Positions 1 through 14,378 of a stretch of 64,000 nt of DNA are shown one piece after another (within the stretch, counting starts at the first letter, position 1; each line of letters starts with the position of its first letter). The notes under the pieces are model-generated. The model saw nothing but the letters and a program-made list of their open reading frames with translations. It did not search any database and had not been told where the DNA came from. The position numbers were made by a program, and so were the translations under genes. This DNA is from Callorhinchus milii (taxonomy: Eukaryota): NCBI RefSeq assembly GCF_018977255.1, contig NW_024704742.1, forward strand, positions 110,858,001 through 110,922,000, given 5' to 3'.

Positions 1-126
1 TCTTTGCAAAATGGGCTTCACTGATTCTTCTCTTGCTTCATTTTGTGCTTCATGATCTCTTTGCCTATTTAAGTGTACAGGGAAAATTTGTTAACACCAA
101 AACCAAATCCTGGTTCTGAACTCATT

Positions 127-1220
127 ACAACAACAACAAAATTACATTTGTAAAGAGCCTTTCACGTTGGGAGGACGTTCCAAGGCGCTGAATAATCAGG
201 GATCAGGACCAGAGCTTGGGGTGCAGGCTTGGGATGAGGGAGGGCAGAGGGGGGTAGAAGGGCAGCTGAAGGCATGATCAAAAAGGAGGGTCTTGAGTCG
301 TGCTTTGAAGGAGGCAAGAGAGGGAGCAAGGCAAAAGGATTTTGGGATGGTGTTCCAAAAAGTAGGGGCAGAGAGCCTGAAAGTGCAGCTGCCGATGGTA
401 GGGCGGGTCGGGCGGGAGACCTGGAACAGGCCTGCTGAACCAAGGGAGCGGACAGGTTTATAGGTGGTCAGCAGGTCAGAGAGGTAGGGGGGAAAGGCCA
501 TGGAGGGGCCTTGAAAGTTAGGGCAGGGATTTTGAATTCTATCCTCCGAGGGATGGGGAACCAGTGGAGCCGGGCGAGGGTGGGATTGATGGGGTCACAG
601 AGCCTGGTGCGGTAGAGGACATGAGCTGCAGAGTTCTGGATAATCTGCAGCTTGTGGAAGGATGAGTTGGGAGCCCAACAAGGAGGGAGTTTCCGTAATC
701 AAATCTCGAGGTGACGAATGCGTGTTTGAAGGTTTCGGCGGCCTGAGGTGTGAGGCAGTGGCGGAGTGGGCAATATTGCGGAGATGGGTGAAGGCAGAGA
801 AGGTGATGTCACAGATATGGAGGAGAAAGGACAGTTGAGATCAAACAAGGCTTGACGTTGTGGAATCTGCAACCATTGGATGCTGATGCTGCCAGTGTCT
901 TAGGTGCTAAGGCGCTGGCGCGAGCCAATCAGGAGGGCCTCAGTTTTGCTGATGTTCAGCTGTAGAAAGTTGGCTCTCATTCAGGACTTGATGACAGACA
1001 GACATTCTGTCAGGACAGCAGTGGTCCTGGAATCGAGGGTGGAGGCAGAGAGATAGAGTTGGGTGTCATCCGCATTCATGTGGAATTTAACCTTACGTCT
1101 GCGGATGATGTCACCAAAGGGGAGCATGTAGCGGTTGAAGAGGAGGGGACCGAGGACAGAGCCCTGAGGGACTCAGCACAAGACTGTGCGGGGGCTGGAA
1201 GAGAAACCGTTGGCGGAAAA
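127..1220 (-). mobile_element. 5'-truncated L2 LINE
   Basis: RT C-terminal peptides (LSDLL..RSL..APTFWN..FKARLKT) and the 3' tail with ACGTCCTCCC stem-loop and (TGT)n. Confidence 0.85.
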
Positions 1221-4200
1221 GGAAAATACAAAAAAGGAATTACTTCCTTTTTCTTCCTCTTTTTTTCTGTCTTGCAAATGCTTTCCAGCTGCATTGCCTT
1301 CATCCAGTCAAACCATTCTGTGCTTACTTGTTAGTGTCACCATGGCACCCACACTGCTATGATGTATGGATGAAGGATGTTAAGGCAAAGCTATTCCTAT
1401 CTAAGTACTGCCCTCATCACATCAGGTTAAGGACTAAAACTGAGGGGCTGTGGGAACCTAGAGAATCCTTGATTACAAAACTAAGTCCAACTTCTTAAAC
1501 AGGAAGCAGATCTAAACTGGCCCTTTTGTGTACAAGTCAGAAATTCCTGACAATGCCCTTTAACTCTACCCTGCCTGTGCTGTACGTGCTGTTCTGCTTG
1601 ACTGCCATACAGAAACAGCGTCATTGCCCTGGAGCTTGAGGTTCAGCTGTTAATATTTAAACCAGAAGAATGCAACTGGGAAGGGAGGGTGAGGACTTAT
1701 AAAGTCATCTCACCGAGCAGCATCGCAACATATACCTCCAATTACTGTGTAAATGTGGCTAGCTACTGCATGTGGTTACACACTTATAACATTTAAAAGG
1801 AAACAACATTTTAGTATTGAGGTATGTGTGGTACCCTATAAATAATTTGTGCAGTGCCCATACCCACACACATATAACTAGAGTAGTAAGAAGTAAACCA
1901 GGGAATAGATATTCTAATGTCAGACGCCTTTCAGAAAGTCTCCATGGTGGTTTTATTTTATGCATCTTTTATCGCACTGTTCTGCAGTTTTTCTCTGCTC
2001 ATCGGCAGAATCACATGTCACAAATGAATGACAGCTTGTCATGTAAACACGCTGTGCTTTGTATCTCTAAAAGTAAATAAAATTTTGCTTTAAATTTTAC
2101 TTACAAAGCAGATTTAAAATTTTTGCTATCACTGAGGAATTTTCCTAGGAAGTTCCAGCTATACATTACACACCACAACATACACAACAACCTGTATTTG
2201 TTTTCGAGTAATCATTCCTCCTAAGCATACAAACCAGTTTTAGTTGAGTCATTTTGTTCAGATTGATTCACACTGAATTAACTCATAGAGAACCAGTCTC
2301 TATTCTCAATTCTTGATATTTCTCACGCTTTTAGTCTTAAAATGTATCATCGTGCAAAATTTTGGAAACATCTTAAATTCAGTCTTACTTTTTAAGAACT
2401 GTGGAAAATAAATGTTAAATGAATTTCAAGAGTTTTCAAAAATAATGTGCAAATTTAAATTTTAAGTCAATGACTTTAACTAAGACAAAGTGAAATTTCG
2501 GCCTCTGAACACCTGAATGATAACTTTAACAAAATGTATCATAACAAATATCAGTAACAACAGTAACAAAATAAACAATGCAACAAGATCACAATGGTGT
2601 GACTTAATCTAAGGTTACTGAATTTAACCAAGGTATATTGTGTGCTGTATTGCAATAGATTTATTGTGGGACTGAGAATCTAGAGCAGATGAAATAGACT
2701 GAGATTTCATGAAGTTGGAAAGTATAATATTTGAGAAAAGCAGACACTGAGGAATATCTTGTGAAAGGTTCATTTTCCAAAAATATGAAGTCAGGTTTTG
2801 TGAAAATTGACTACCAAGTAAACCATCTATTTGTATGAGAGTAAGGCAGGAAATTCTCCTATTTCTTGCTTCTAGAGAAATTGCTGACATGAACATTACA
2901 AAAGCTATAAAGGTCATTTACTATTAAGACATAATGGGTGACTAATAGGGCAGACTTCAGAACAAAAGGATCTAAGGTCAGGCCTATTACAGATGAACAG
3001 ATAAAAACAAAACCAAGTAGCTCGGTTTTACTACTAAATGCCATCAAAATGAATTGGCCGAGGAAGCAATTCAGAAAATTCGCTCTTAAGCAGAATTATT
3101 TAAGTTGTTAGTAAGCGCAGCAACCAATAATTATTCCTTCAAGCAATGATTATGGATGTGATGTCTAGCACAAGTAAGTAAGAGGTGTAAGCTGGTGTAT
3201 TTTTGGAGGATTATTTAACATATCTGAATCAATCCAGAGCAAAAACCTACTCACATAGTTTAGAATGGCATTGCTAATTGACAGTTGTGGTTGAGACCAA
3301 ATTTGCCAACTGTACGTGGGTTGAATGAGGCTTCCTATCATAAGTCATGACAAGGAAGGCAACTAATCAAGGATGAATACCGTAGGATGTAATATTTGAT
3401 AGATGTTCTGGAGTCTCACTTGATTTGCTTTTTGAAGGACAGGGAGAAATTTTGTAGGCAAAGAGTGAGATGGAGCCAGGAAGTCAGAGGGCCAGGACAC
3501 AGAGAGAATCACCTTGGATTGGATGCTTTATGATTTGATGGGGCTGCAGAAAAAGGAGAAAATAATTTAGAAAATAAGACAAGGTAAACAGAAAACACAT
3601 TTATTTATATGCTGTATATATTTAACAATCAGTAAATCAATGTTGAGCTATTGAAAGAAATGGAAATGTTAATGATATTCATCATATAGTGTGCCAGAAT
3701 ACATTTAGTCTGTCTCACTCCCACTTACAAGTTCTTAGTCTGTCACCCATCTTCCTGGAGGAGAGCTCAGTTTCATTTGTGTTGCTGTGGTAACAAAACC
3801 TATTTCATATGTTGTAGTTAGGTAGGCTTTCCAGAGTACTGTTATTTTGACATTAACTAATGGAGATAATCATCAGCCAGGAGCTGCTACACCTTGATTG
3901 AGGTTTAATGAATCTGGATGAAATATTGATATCAATATTCCAGCTACCCACTGACCAAGAAAGGCTGCTTCTTTCAACTGGAAATTCAGTGCTATCTAGA
4001 AGCCAATTCTTACCCTCTCACTCTTCAATCTCCCTTTGCTAATTTTCTCTGATTTATCTCTCTTGTTTATTTTCCCTCTGTTGGCTGAACTCTCTATTAT
4101 CACTGCGCAACTAAACTAAGAATTGAACTAGTTAATCAATGTACACTTCTACAATTACTCACACGCACTGACGGACTCGAACTTTAATCGATACATCCTA

Positions 4201-4739
4201 CTTCTACATAGATCCACTCATGCAATCAAGCCGCTGTACACCAGAGAGAGAAAAAATAACCAGCAGTTTCTAAATCAAACATCAAGGAAGTCTCCATTCA
4301 ACACCTTGCTTAGAAACTCTGAAGACTGAAATTTCACCAAGCCTTAACCTAAAACAAATGTGTTAGCTTTAAAAATGAACACCTAATTTAAGAATTTTCC
4401 ACAATCCTGCCTTATTGTAAATATTAGACAGAATGGCCTATGCAGGAATTGAAAGTTTGAGCCTTTTATCCCTTTACAACTGATAAAGGTTTCCAGTCAA
4501 CAATTTATTTCCAGCTGTAGAAGACACAATAACTGCAGTAAAATGGTCCCCTGTTCTGTGCATTATGTATGTAATATAAATATATTTTTCTTCAAAGATC
4601 ACTGGATACATCAATGTACACAGTGGGATCAAATTTGCAATCCATTGAATGTGTCAGAAGTGCTTTTCTTTCCAACAGTACTTCAAGGCATTGCTAATGA
4701 CAGCCCAACCAGCCTGGTGCAGCAGTAGGATTTAGAGGA

Positions 4740-5130
4740 AAAATCTCAAAATTCCAACCTCTTGGATCTACCTTCACGGACTTTACTTACTTCTGTGCAT
4801 TTTTCAATTTTAATATCTAAGTTATCAGTCCAAGTGCAGACCCTATCAGGTTCTCTTTGTAAGACTTTTGCTACCCCCTCCGAGTCTACAGTTTCCCCCA
4901 ACCCGGTGTCATCTGTAAATTTGACTACCTTACCCTGGCATGGGTAGGGGCAAATCCAGGTCATTAGTGTATACAAGCATCCAAGGAACAGGAGGGGAAC
5001 CAGTACAGACCCCTGAGGTCCCTTGCTTAATATCTACCCCATTTTGACCTCAATCCCCTAATGTTGTCTTCCCTAGAGCCAATTTTGAATCCACATCCAT
5101 GTCTTGCCCTTGATATCAAGTGACTGGAAC
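4740..5130 (-). mobile_element. Old CR1 RT fragment
   Basis: VKFTDDTGLG..LQRE.DR peptide. Confidence 0.65.
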
Positions 5131-6277
5131 TGAGGAAGCAGCGGGGAACACAATTGCCTTCAGGGCAAAAGGTTCACAGTCAAAAAGAAAGATAAATAAA
5201 ATGAAATGATCTGAAAGAACTAACAATTGGCAAGCTAAGCGCAAGAGGACAAGAAACAAAACTAAGAGAATTAAAGAGCAAAGAACAGTGATAATAGAAT
5301 GAATGAAAATTGAATAAAATTAACGAAACAAATGAATGAAAAGGAACAGGGGCAAAAAAGGGAAAATAGATTAGGTAAAGAAAGAAAAACGGCACTGAAA
5401 AGTCCCTTAATATATTTTCATAGATATATATTATAGCAATAAATAAATTATATAAATAGCAAGAACAAAGATTAAGAAAGTAAGAAAACAATTCCCCAGT
5501 TAATATAGGTCAATATAACAAATTAATCCAATTGGAAAACACAAAATTAAATAACCGTGTTTGGTTCATTGTTGTAAAATACAACTGCACATGAAGTACA
5601 GTACATAACCAAACCATTCCATCAGGCAAAGTACTTGTAGAACTTTCAAGCAGACAGATTGTATTAGTGGAAATGTTCTCTTCTATTCACAGTGTAAAGA
5701 TTAACTTTATTAAATATTTATGCACTGATTCACATTTGTTAACACTGACCTTTCTAATTAAAGTATGACCCCCTTAGGATGTTAAAAGGCTGAGCAATCA
5801 GATTTAAACCTAATAATTTCACAAGGTGATGAAAACTTATACCTGAGGTCACTGAATGCTTTAATTCTATGACAGTAACTTCACTTTGTAATTCCCAAGT
5901 TGGATATATCTGATATTCTGAAAGAGCAAAGCAATACATAACCTATTATAAAACTATTCTAAATCAATAGCTAATTTCTCAGTATTGATTACTATTTAGA
6001 CATTTAAAATCTACCCTACAGCAACAATATAACTTTATAGGAATAAGTCCCAACAGATGCTTATACGTATTAAAATTATTGACGACTGAAATAAGATCAA
6101 AAATGTCAGCTCTATCTATTAATCTTTATAAAAAGCATTTTATACAAACTTAGACTATTGACAACCAACTAAACTGAATTTGCTTAATAAAGTTCAGCCG
6201 TCTTCCTACAAACTGAATGCTATAAATCGATTGCTTGATGATATTATAAATATTGGCTTTGTAAAGAATACTTTCTA

Positions 6278-7590
6278 AACAACAACAACTCGCATTTATA
6301 TAACACCATTCACCCCAGACGGCATTTCGGAGCGCTTAACAGTGATGCCGAGCCAGGAGGAGGGGGAAGGCCGTAGGCATGGTCGAGAGGATGGTCTTCA
6401 AGGACGACCTGAAAATGGGGAGAAAGGGGGAAAGCGAAGGCTTTGAGGGAGAGAGTTCCACAGCTTCCGGGCATAGTGGCTGAAAGCATGGCCGCTGATG
6501 GTGGAGTGGAGGGACCAGGGGACAAGAAGGAGGCCGGATCCAGTTGAGCATGGACAGCAGGTAGTGGTGCAAGGAAGGCAGAAAGTTGGAGAGATAGGGG
6601 GGTGCCAGGGCATGAAGGGATTTAAATACAAGAGTGAGGATCCTGAAATCAATCCACTCTGTGACAGGGAGCCAACGGAGTTTGACAAGGACTGGGGTAA
6701 TGGAGGGACGGAGTTAAGTGCAGCTGTGAATGTGGATGTTGGAGTTTCGGATCAGTGGAATTTTGTGAATCATGGAACAGGGCAGACCAGTGAGGAGGGC
6801 ATTTGAGGAGTCGAAGCAGGAGATGATGAAGGCATGGACAAGGGTTTTGGCAGCTTTTGAAGTGAGGTAAGGATGGGGGCAGACAATGGGGCGGAGGTGG
6901 AGGAAAGTGGTTCTGACCAGGGATCGGATGTGGGGTACGAAGGATAGCTGGGGATCGAACCTGATGCCTAAGTTTCTCACAGGTTCAGTGAGTCTTATGG
7001 AGAGATTGGGTGGGGTGAGGAGGTCTAAGCCGCAGAGAGAAGACGTTGATGGGAACCAAAGAATATGGCTTCCATCTTGTCAATATTCAGCTGCAGGAAA
7101 TTTGGGCTCATCCAGGTTTTGATTTCTGTCAGAAAAGCCGACAGAACATCAGCAGACTGGGCGTCACAGCTGGAGGAAATGAAATAAATTTGTGTGTCAT
7201 CCACATGCATGTGGAAGTTTACCCCGTGTCTGCACATGAAATCGCGAGAGGGAACATATAGAGATGGGGGCAAAGGAGTGTAGGTTGGGGCTCGTGGTAG
7301 GAGCCGTGGGAGGAGGAGTGGGTGATGGAGAAGGAATGGGAGGGGGTGGGGGGATCATGGGGCAGGAGGAAGAGGCGGCCAGGCAGATGTTATCTATCTT
7401 GGAGATAAAGAAATCAAGACCTCTTTGCACTTGGCATTAGATGTTAGGATTAAGGATGCTTGATGGGGCATACGGAGGAGGTGGTGGGTGATAGAGAATA
7501 GGATTTTGCCATTGCTTTCAGCCTTGAGAATGACCTGTGGTAGAATGCAGTTTAGGCTTGCGAGAGGGAGCGATGGTTGGTGGAGAAGAT
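6278..7590 (-). mobile_element. L2 LINE fragment (second L2 family)
   Basis: HMHVDDTQIY, RNLGIRFDPQLSF, AAKTLVHAFI peptides; (TGT)n tail. Confidence 0.85.
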
Positions 7591-10500
7591 GCAACTTTTC
7601 TTAACAGCAAAGTTGCAAAAAAAACATATATTTACAATATTAAATTCAAAAAACACCCACAGCTGGAAGGATCCAAACATCCTTAATATTGTTGGATCAA
7701 AGATTTGTAATGTTCCAAACATTTCAAGATTTCCTGAGTATTCAAAGGATTTGTTTGTGTTTGGCATTCACTGGTCTCAGCTACTCTCTTCTCCATGTTT
7801 CAACCCCAAAATGACCTTTGCCATCACCAAGATGATATTATTAATTGCACAGTTCTAAATGGTCACAGGTCAGTTTATCTGCAATTTATGGTCACTACAT
7901 TGTTCAGGACTAGTGTCCTATAACTACAGTCTGTAACAGAGCAAGTGCACTGTAAAAGTGAACTGTAACAGCACCAGTATATTATCAATATCCTCAGATT
8001 TTAGGGCCACCAACTCAAAAATACTTACCAATTTATTTATAGTTGGAGCTTTCCATTTGGTGAGTACTTCCTAAACCAGCAGGGTGCTCTAATCGTGGGA
8101 TTATCTCCATTATAAGTGCACACAGGGAAGGTCAGTAACTGTAACAACCAGCAGAATATCAATCCTTCACAAGAGACGTAAAACCGAGGCATTGTCTACC
8201 TGTTCAAGTGGATTTTAAAGATCCCAAAAAGAAAAGGGAGTTTATAAACAGACTGAGCTGTCAACAATCGCCCAGATGACTGACTGTGGGACACTGGTGT
8301 GTTCAAATTGGCTGCCACATGTGTCTACAGATATGTAGACACTGCATTTTACAGAAACACTTTGTGAAGTACTTTGAGATAGTTTGACAGGATGAGGTAT
8401 TGTATCTGATGCAAGAATTATTATTATTAACCTTCCTACCCATAAGTAGCTTTTCTTGAACACGTTTATATTTATTAGAACCCATGAGCAGTATATTCAG
8501 AAATTTCCTATTATATTATAATATTATATTGTAGTCTATTATACTACAGGGCACAATACTAAGTTTGAATGGGAATTTACAGTTCTAGCTTTGCTGATAT
8601 TTTTCCTATACTTTCTAGAAGTAGATATAAACATAAAAGTAAAAATAATGTAAAATTAATAAACAACTTAATCAGTCATTTTGAACAGTCAAGACTTGCA
8701 CTAAGCAAATGTTTTTAAGACAAATATCCCATTTATTACAAGATTCAGAGACTTCTACAGCCTACAGTGAAAAATGTGTTTAATTAGAAGAGTTCAAAAA
8801 TAGAACAAAAAGATAAATTATACTATCTAAACTTGCAAAATACAATCCCTGTGCATTTAAATACCTGCTTACCATTATAGATATCTTGTCAGAGAAGCCT
8901 AAGTGATTGCTTGCATGAAGGGATATTGTTAACATGTACTATTCATGGATTGTACAGATTTGTAAAATTAACTGGGTAAACAAAGTTGATGATACAAGCC
9001 CTTTATTGCCAAGAAGCAAGAGTAATGCTCTCCAGGGAATGGTAAATCTGTGGATACTCATATTTTTCATTTTGTATCTTCTGATGCAAAGCTCCTGAGG
9101 CTTAATATTGCTCCTACTCTTAGCTTTAAAACAATTGTCCTTGCCAACAGTCCCCCAAATAATATTGGCTGTTTGAGGAGCATTGCTGTGTGCAAATTGG
9201 CTGCTGCATTCACCTTCAAATGATAATTTTAATAATCATTACATTTGGTACAGTGCCTTTCACGTCGGAAGGTCGTCCCAAAGCACTTCACAGGATTTAC
9301 TGTTAACAACAACAACAAGATTGCATTTATAGAGCGCCTTTCACGTCGGGAGTCCGTTCCAAGGCGCTGGACAGTTGGGTCGGGACCCGCGCAGGGGGGA
9401 AATGGTCAGGGTGAGGGGAGGGAAGGGAGGGAGCGAGGAGGGGGTAGAGAGTCGAGAGGGGAGGTGAAGGCACGGTTGAAGAGAAGTTAAGTGAAGTTAA
9501 GTGGAATGACTGTGCATTTGTGGGTGATTATACCCTGCTTACTCAATTCTATAGAGCGTAGAGTATTAGGTACAGATTGGCAAGAGCAAGGCTTGGAGAT
9601 CCCAGAGTGTGATTTGGGTATTGCTGGAATTTAGCCAACTGAAACAATACAGCTTGTTATTGAAAGCACTGTCTTGCAAGTTCCCCTCTGATTGACCAGC
9701 TAGGAACACCCAATCAGTTAGCACTTTGACTTGTAGGGTTACCAGGAAAGAGTGGGAAAAATCCCTATTCCCATGATCATTCTGCCCCTCCAAATCACAA
9801 TGATGAGCCAGGTTGGCATGTCTGTCATCAGTAGCGTACTGGAGCACTGTAGGCTGCCTGGCTCAGGAACCGGACTAACAAGACTGCAGAGGATTAACTC
9901 AATTCTAATATTCCAATGTTAAACACGTCGCATTGGAGCCATGTCCAATTGTGAGGTTCTGACATCTATATTAAACTATATATATATAGCTTACAGAATC
10001 ATCTATTGTACTTAAAACTGGTTAAAGTTTATTTCATTTCTATCAGTTGAGTCACTACCAGAGAAACAAGTTCTGAGATGTTATTTTATGTGAAGGGCAC
10101 TATCTAAATACAAATTGTTGTTGTTGTTGAATTATAACATTGCTAAAGGTGTTGGCTTTCAGGCGAGATGTTAAATCAGGGTCCTGTCTGCTTGGTCAAG
10201 ATGATATTAAAGATGACATGACATGATTCAGAAGAAAACGCTCTTTACTTGATCATAATTACCTGCGAACTTTTTAGCTTATCCACTGTGATGCATTTTA
10301 TGTATTTATTCCCATTCTTTACAGAATGTTCAAACAATTACTTTTTGCCTTTTGATAATTGTAATAATGGTAATAATCCTTACATTTGGTATTGTGCCTT
10401 TCACATTGGAATGATGTCCCAAAGTGCTTCACAGGATATACTGTAAAATGCTGTGACTGTAATTTGTGGGTGTCTAGTCACAGATACTTTACAGGTGAAT

Positions 10501-11464
10501 GATTCAATTACTAAACAAACAGAAAATGTTGGTCAAAAGTAAACAGAAAACCTTTAATAAACCACCTAAAACGATACACTCCATCTCTGTAGTACTGAAA
10601 ATTGACCAAAATATTAAATATTTCCTTTTTAACATCAAGCAGTTGCTTGAGGGCAGGAGTGTAAGAAGAGCAAGAGGGTCAAAACTTCCACAATAAGCAT
10701 TAAACTGCATTAAAAGCATGCTGGAAAAACAACAGGAACATATTGAATTAAGAATTAATAGAAAGCATTGTATTGCTTGCCGAAAACCACAGCAAATTTC
10801 AGAGTGTTACAGAACAGAAATCACAAATGAATGGGGGTAACTAACCATACATCATTCTTTTAGGATGTTAACCTTGCACTACACTATTTCAAGCAAATAG
10901 AAGATCATTGGGGAAAAAACACAAAAATTGCCCTTTTATAGCTTTTGAATCTATTTATAAAACTGACCTGAAAAACCACAAAACCTTTAACTTTTGTGGT
11001 AATCAAGGTGAATCTGCAGTCTCCTGTTAGAGATTTAATTGATCCTATCACCTCCTCACAAGATTTGCTTTGTACGTTTACACATTTATGAATGTCAAAG
11101 CAATGCCACACTTTCTGGCTGAATACACCACCCCAGTACCTACCACCCATGGTTAACCGCTGTGCTTGTATTGACTAGCACGCTGCCAAGTGCTTACTGA
11201 ACAGATGCTCACTAGCAGTTTGAGAAATGCCCAAAGTGCTTTATTTCCATAACCTAATTTCCATTTTAAAAGGAACCAGTTGGAGCCTCGATGGTAAGTC
11301 ACGAGGATCTTAAAAGAACAAAGCTGCATTCAATTAATTATTGCAATAATATATTCCAAGTTCCAGGATTGTTTTGTCCTGAGCTTCTGTGGATGCACTG
11401 TGGATGTACTAAACTAAATCCAAAAATCACATCAAATATGTGCAAATATCTGCTTCACTGTGAG

Positions 11465-11794
11465 AATAATAATAATAATAATAATAATCCTTGCATTTGA
11501 TATAGCGCTTTTCACGTCGGGAGGACGTCCCAAAGCGCTTCACAGAATAGACTGTAAAGTGAATTGACTGTATATTTGTGGGCGAACGCGGCAGCCAATT
11601 GCGCACAGCAATGTCCCACAAACAGTCGTAGATTGAAAATGACCAATTTTATTATTGTTTTTTGTTTTTTGGAGGGATTATTATTAGGCGTGTGGAGTAA
11701 GGAAACTTGCCCAAGGTTTCGCCCTGCCTGGAATTGAACTCAGGTCTCTCACTTGCAAAGCGAGTGCTCTAACCACTGAGCTACAGGACTCCAC
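11465..11794 (-). mobile_element. Young tRNA-derived SINE (full length)
   Basis: Head GGAGTCCTGTAGCTCAGTGGTTAGAGC (A box)..GTTCAATTCC (B box); L2-like tail; (ATT)n. Confidence 0.92.
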
Positions 11795-12113
11795 GTAGAA
11801 GGTGATGATACAGCAGTGACCATGCCAAACTCATTCATTTTATGCCCAGGTCATGCTCCTGGAAGTGAACCCATATTCCTTTCGGTAGTAAAGTTACTAG
11901 TTGTAAGTTAGCCTCATTATTTTTCCTATACATCCTCCAAATTGCTTTCATTGCACTGGGGCAGAGGAGTTCTGTGCATCCACAATGAAGTGTATGTGCA
12001 AAGCTCTGCTAACTAGCATTAGTTTTGTAATGTTATTGGAAGATGCATCTTGTCATCAGCCTTTCAGTAACTATAAAATTGTTCCCCTACAATTTATTGG
12101 TGCCCATTGCATC

Positions 12114-12447
12114 GTGGAGTCCTGTAGCTCAGTGGTTAGAGCACTCGCTTTGCAAGTGAGAGACCTGAGTTCAATTCCAGGCAGGGCGAAACCTTGGGCA
12201 AGTTTCCTTACTCCACACACCTAATAATAATCCCTCCAAAAACCAAAAACAATAATAAATTGGTCATTTTCAATCTACGACTGTTTGTGGGACATTGCTG
12301 TGCGCAATTGGCTGCCGCGTTCGCCCACAAATATACAGTCAATTCACTTTACAGTGTGTTCTGTGAAGCGCTTTGGTACGTCCTCCCGACGTGAAAAGCG
12401 CTATATCAAATGCAAGGATTATTATAGGATTATTATTATTATTATTA
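12114..12447 (+). mobile_element. Young tRNA-derived SINE (full length)
   Basis: Same family as 11465-11794, opposite orientation. Confidence 0.92.
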
Positions 12448-13434
12448 ACAGCTATCAAGGAATCTTTTCTGAATGAAGCCTGAATCGAATGACACAATAT
12501 TTTATTACTACAATGGTATCAATTGAAATCATATAGTCTCTGCAAGGTGCTACAATTACCCAGGAGGCGTTTGCCCGATTTATCTGGAGCTAGACAAACT
12601 TCTGTTCTTGTTTGAAAGCACTATGGGATATTTAACATCGACCTGAAGAATAGGTGGAACCTTGGTTTATAATTAAAATAATAAGAATAATCCTTAGATT
12701 TGAATTAGCACTTTTAACATCAAATGGTCTTCTTCATAGTGAGTTGTAAAGTGCATACAGTTTTGCACAGTAATATCCTACAGTCAGCTTTAATTTTAAG
12801 ATTTAAAAATGTTAAAAAAGCTCCAAATATACATGAAAATTGTCTGGAATAGAAAGTGCACTGTCTCCCCAAGATTCAGGCCCTGCTAACATAATCCTGG
12901 ATAATAATAGGTGCAAGTTGGCAAGAGGCCTGGTCTTGGGAAGCCCAGAAGGTGTGTTGGGCTTCTGCAGGAGTCAAACTGGCTAAAACTGTGCAGCATC
13001 TAAATGCAAATACTGTTTGGCAAGCTTCCCAGCTAGGACAAGCCAACCCATTCTGGATTTGGCTTGCAGGGTTAACAGAGATAAGTAGGAAGAATCCCTA
13101 CTTCCAAAAGCTTGGCTGTTCCTTCACGTCCTGCTGATGAGCCAGACGGCTAATCTATCAGTAACAATACTAATAATATAATAATATAATATAATAACGC
13201 ACGGTTCATGACTGTTTGTGGGTCATTGCTGTGTGCCAGTTGGCTACTGCATTCACCTACAAAAACAGTCACTACACTTTACAGTATATCCTGTGAAGTG
13301 CTTTGAAATGTCTGCTTGACGTGAAGCATGCTGTATCATATCATATGAGAATAATTATTATTATTGATTTAACAAGCATAGGAAACTGGGCTTCGCAACT
13401 CGAATACATCTGGATAAGTGTTTAACTAAGATTG

Positions 13435-14100
13435 CAGAGTCCTCTAGCTTAGTGGTTAGAGCACTCGTCTTGCAAGCAAGAGGCTCTGTTTCAAATTCCA
13501 GCAAGGAAAATGTTAGGCAAGTTTTCTTACTCCATTCGCCTCTGTTTACCTACCAGTAAGTAGGAACCCGGTAGTTGGCCGATTAGCGGATTGCTTTTCC
13601 GTTGGTAATAATCCCTTCAAAAAAATAATAATAATTTGGTCACTCAATCCATGACTGCTTGTGGAACACTGCTGTGCACAATTGGCTGCTGCGTTTTGCC
13701 CACAAAATACAGTGAATTTACTTTACAGTATATTCTGGAGTCCTGTAGCTCAGAGACCTGAGTTCAATTCCAGGCAGGGAGAAACTTTGGGAAAGTTTCC
13801 TTACTCCACACGCCTAATAATAATCCCTCCAAAAACCAAAAACAATAATAAATCGGTTATTTTCAATCTACGACTGTTTGTGGGACATTGCTGTGCGCAA
13901 TTGGCTGCCATGTTCGCCCACAAATATACAGTCAATTCACTTTACAGTGTGTTCTGTGAAGCGCTTTGGGACGTCCTTCCGACGTGAAAAGCGTTATATC
14001 AAATGCAAGGATTATTATTATTATTATTATTCTGTGAAGCGCTTTGAATGTATCGAAGGTATGATAAGGTACTAAATCAAATGCAAGATTATTATTATAA
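13435..14100 (+). mobile_element. Older SINE with a young SINE (13736-14030) nested in its tail
   Basis: tattct flanks both ends of the inner copy; the host tail resumes at 14031. Confidence 0.82.
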
Positions 14101-14378
14101 TACCTTGTAGTACTGCACATCTGGATGGCCTGGGGTCCAGACTACTAAGACAACCACAGAGGATTGACTTGAATGACCAAATATGGTGAATGATCAACAT
14201 TACCTGAAGAATTGTTATCCAGGACACCATGAGAAACTCATTGTTTCTTTTTTTACAAGCATGTTAAGGGAGCTTGTTTAACTTGTTTTTCTGCTGGTTT
14301 AGTTAGGTACGAAAGAGCCCATGGCACTATTCAAAAAGAAATAGGGAATATCGTCCTTCCTGGCCAACACTCTTTGTC
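14031..14378 (+). repeat. Direct repeat, copy of about 26860-27209
   Basis: Long near-identical runs, e.g. ataccttgtagtactgcacatctggatggcc and gggagcttgtttaacttgtttttctgctggtttagttaggtac. Confidence 0.9.

Noticed and set aside
5180..5491. Hydrophobic 103-aa ORF
   Set aside because: Antisense of an A-rich low-complexity tract.
12114..12190. tRNA-like A/B boxes with a TGC anticodon-like loop
   Set aside because: SINE head: many copies, continuous with the SINE body, and no proper acceptor stem.
11427..12476. Recurrent ORFs such as MWDIAVRNWLPRSP.. and MGKFPYST..
   Set aside because: SINE-derived open frames repeated at every copy.
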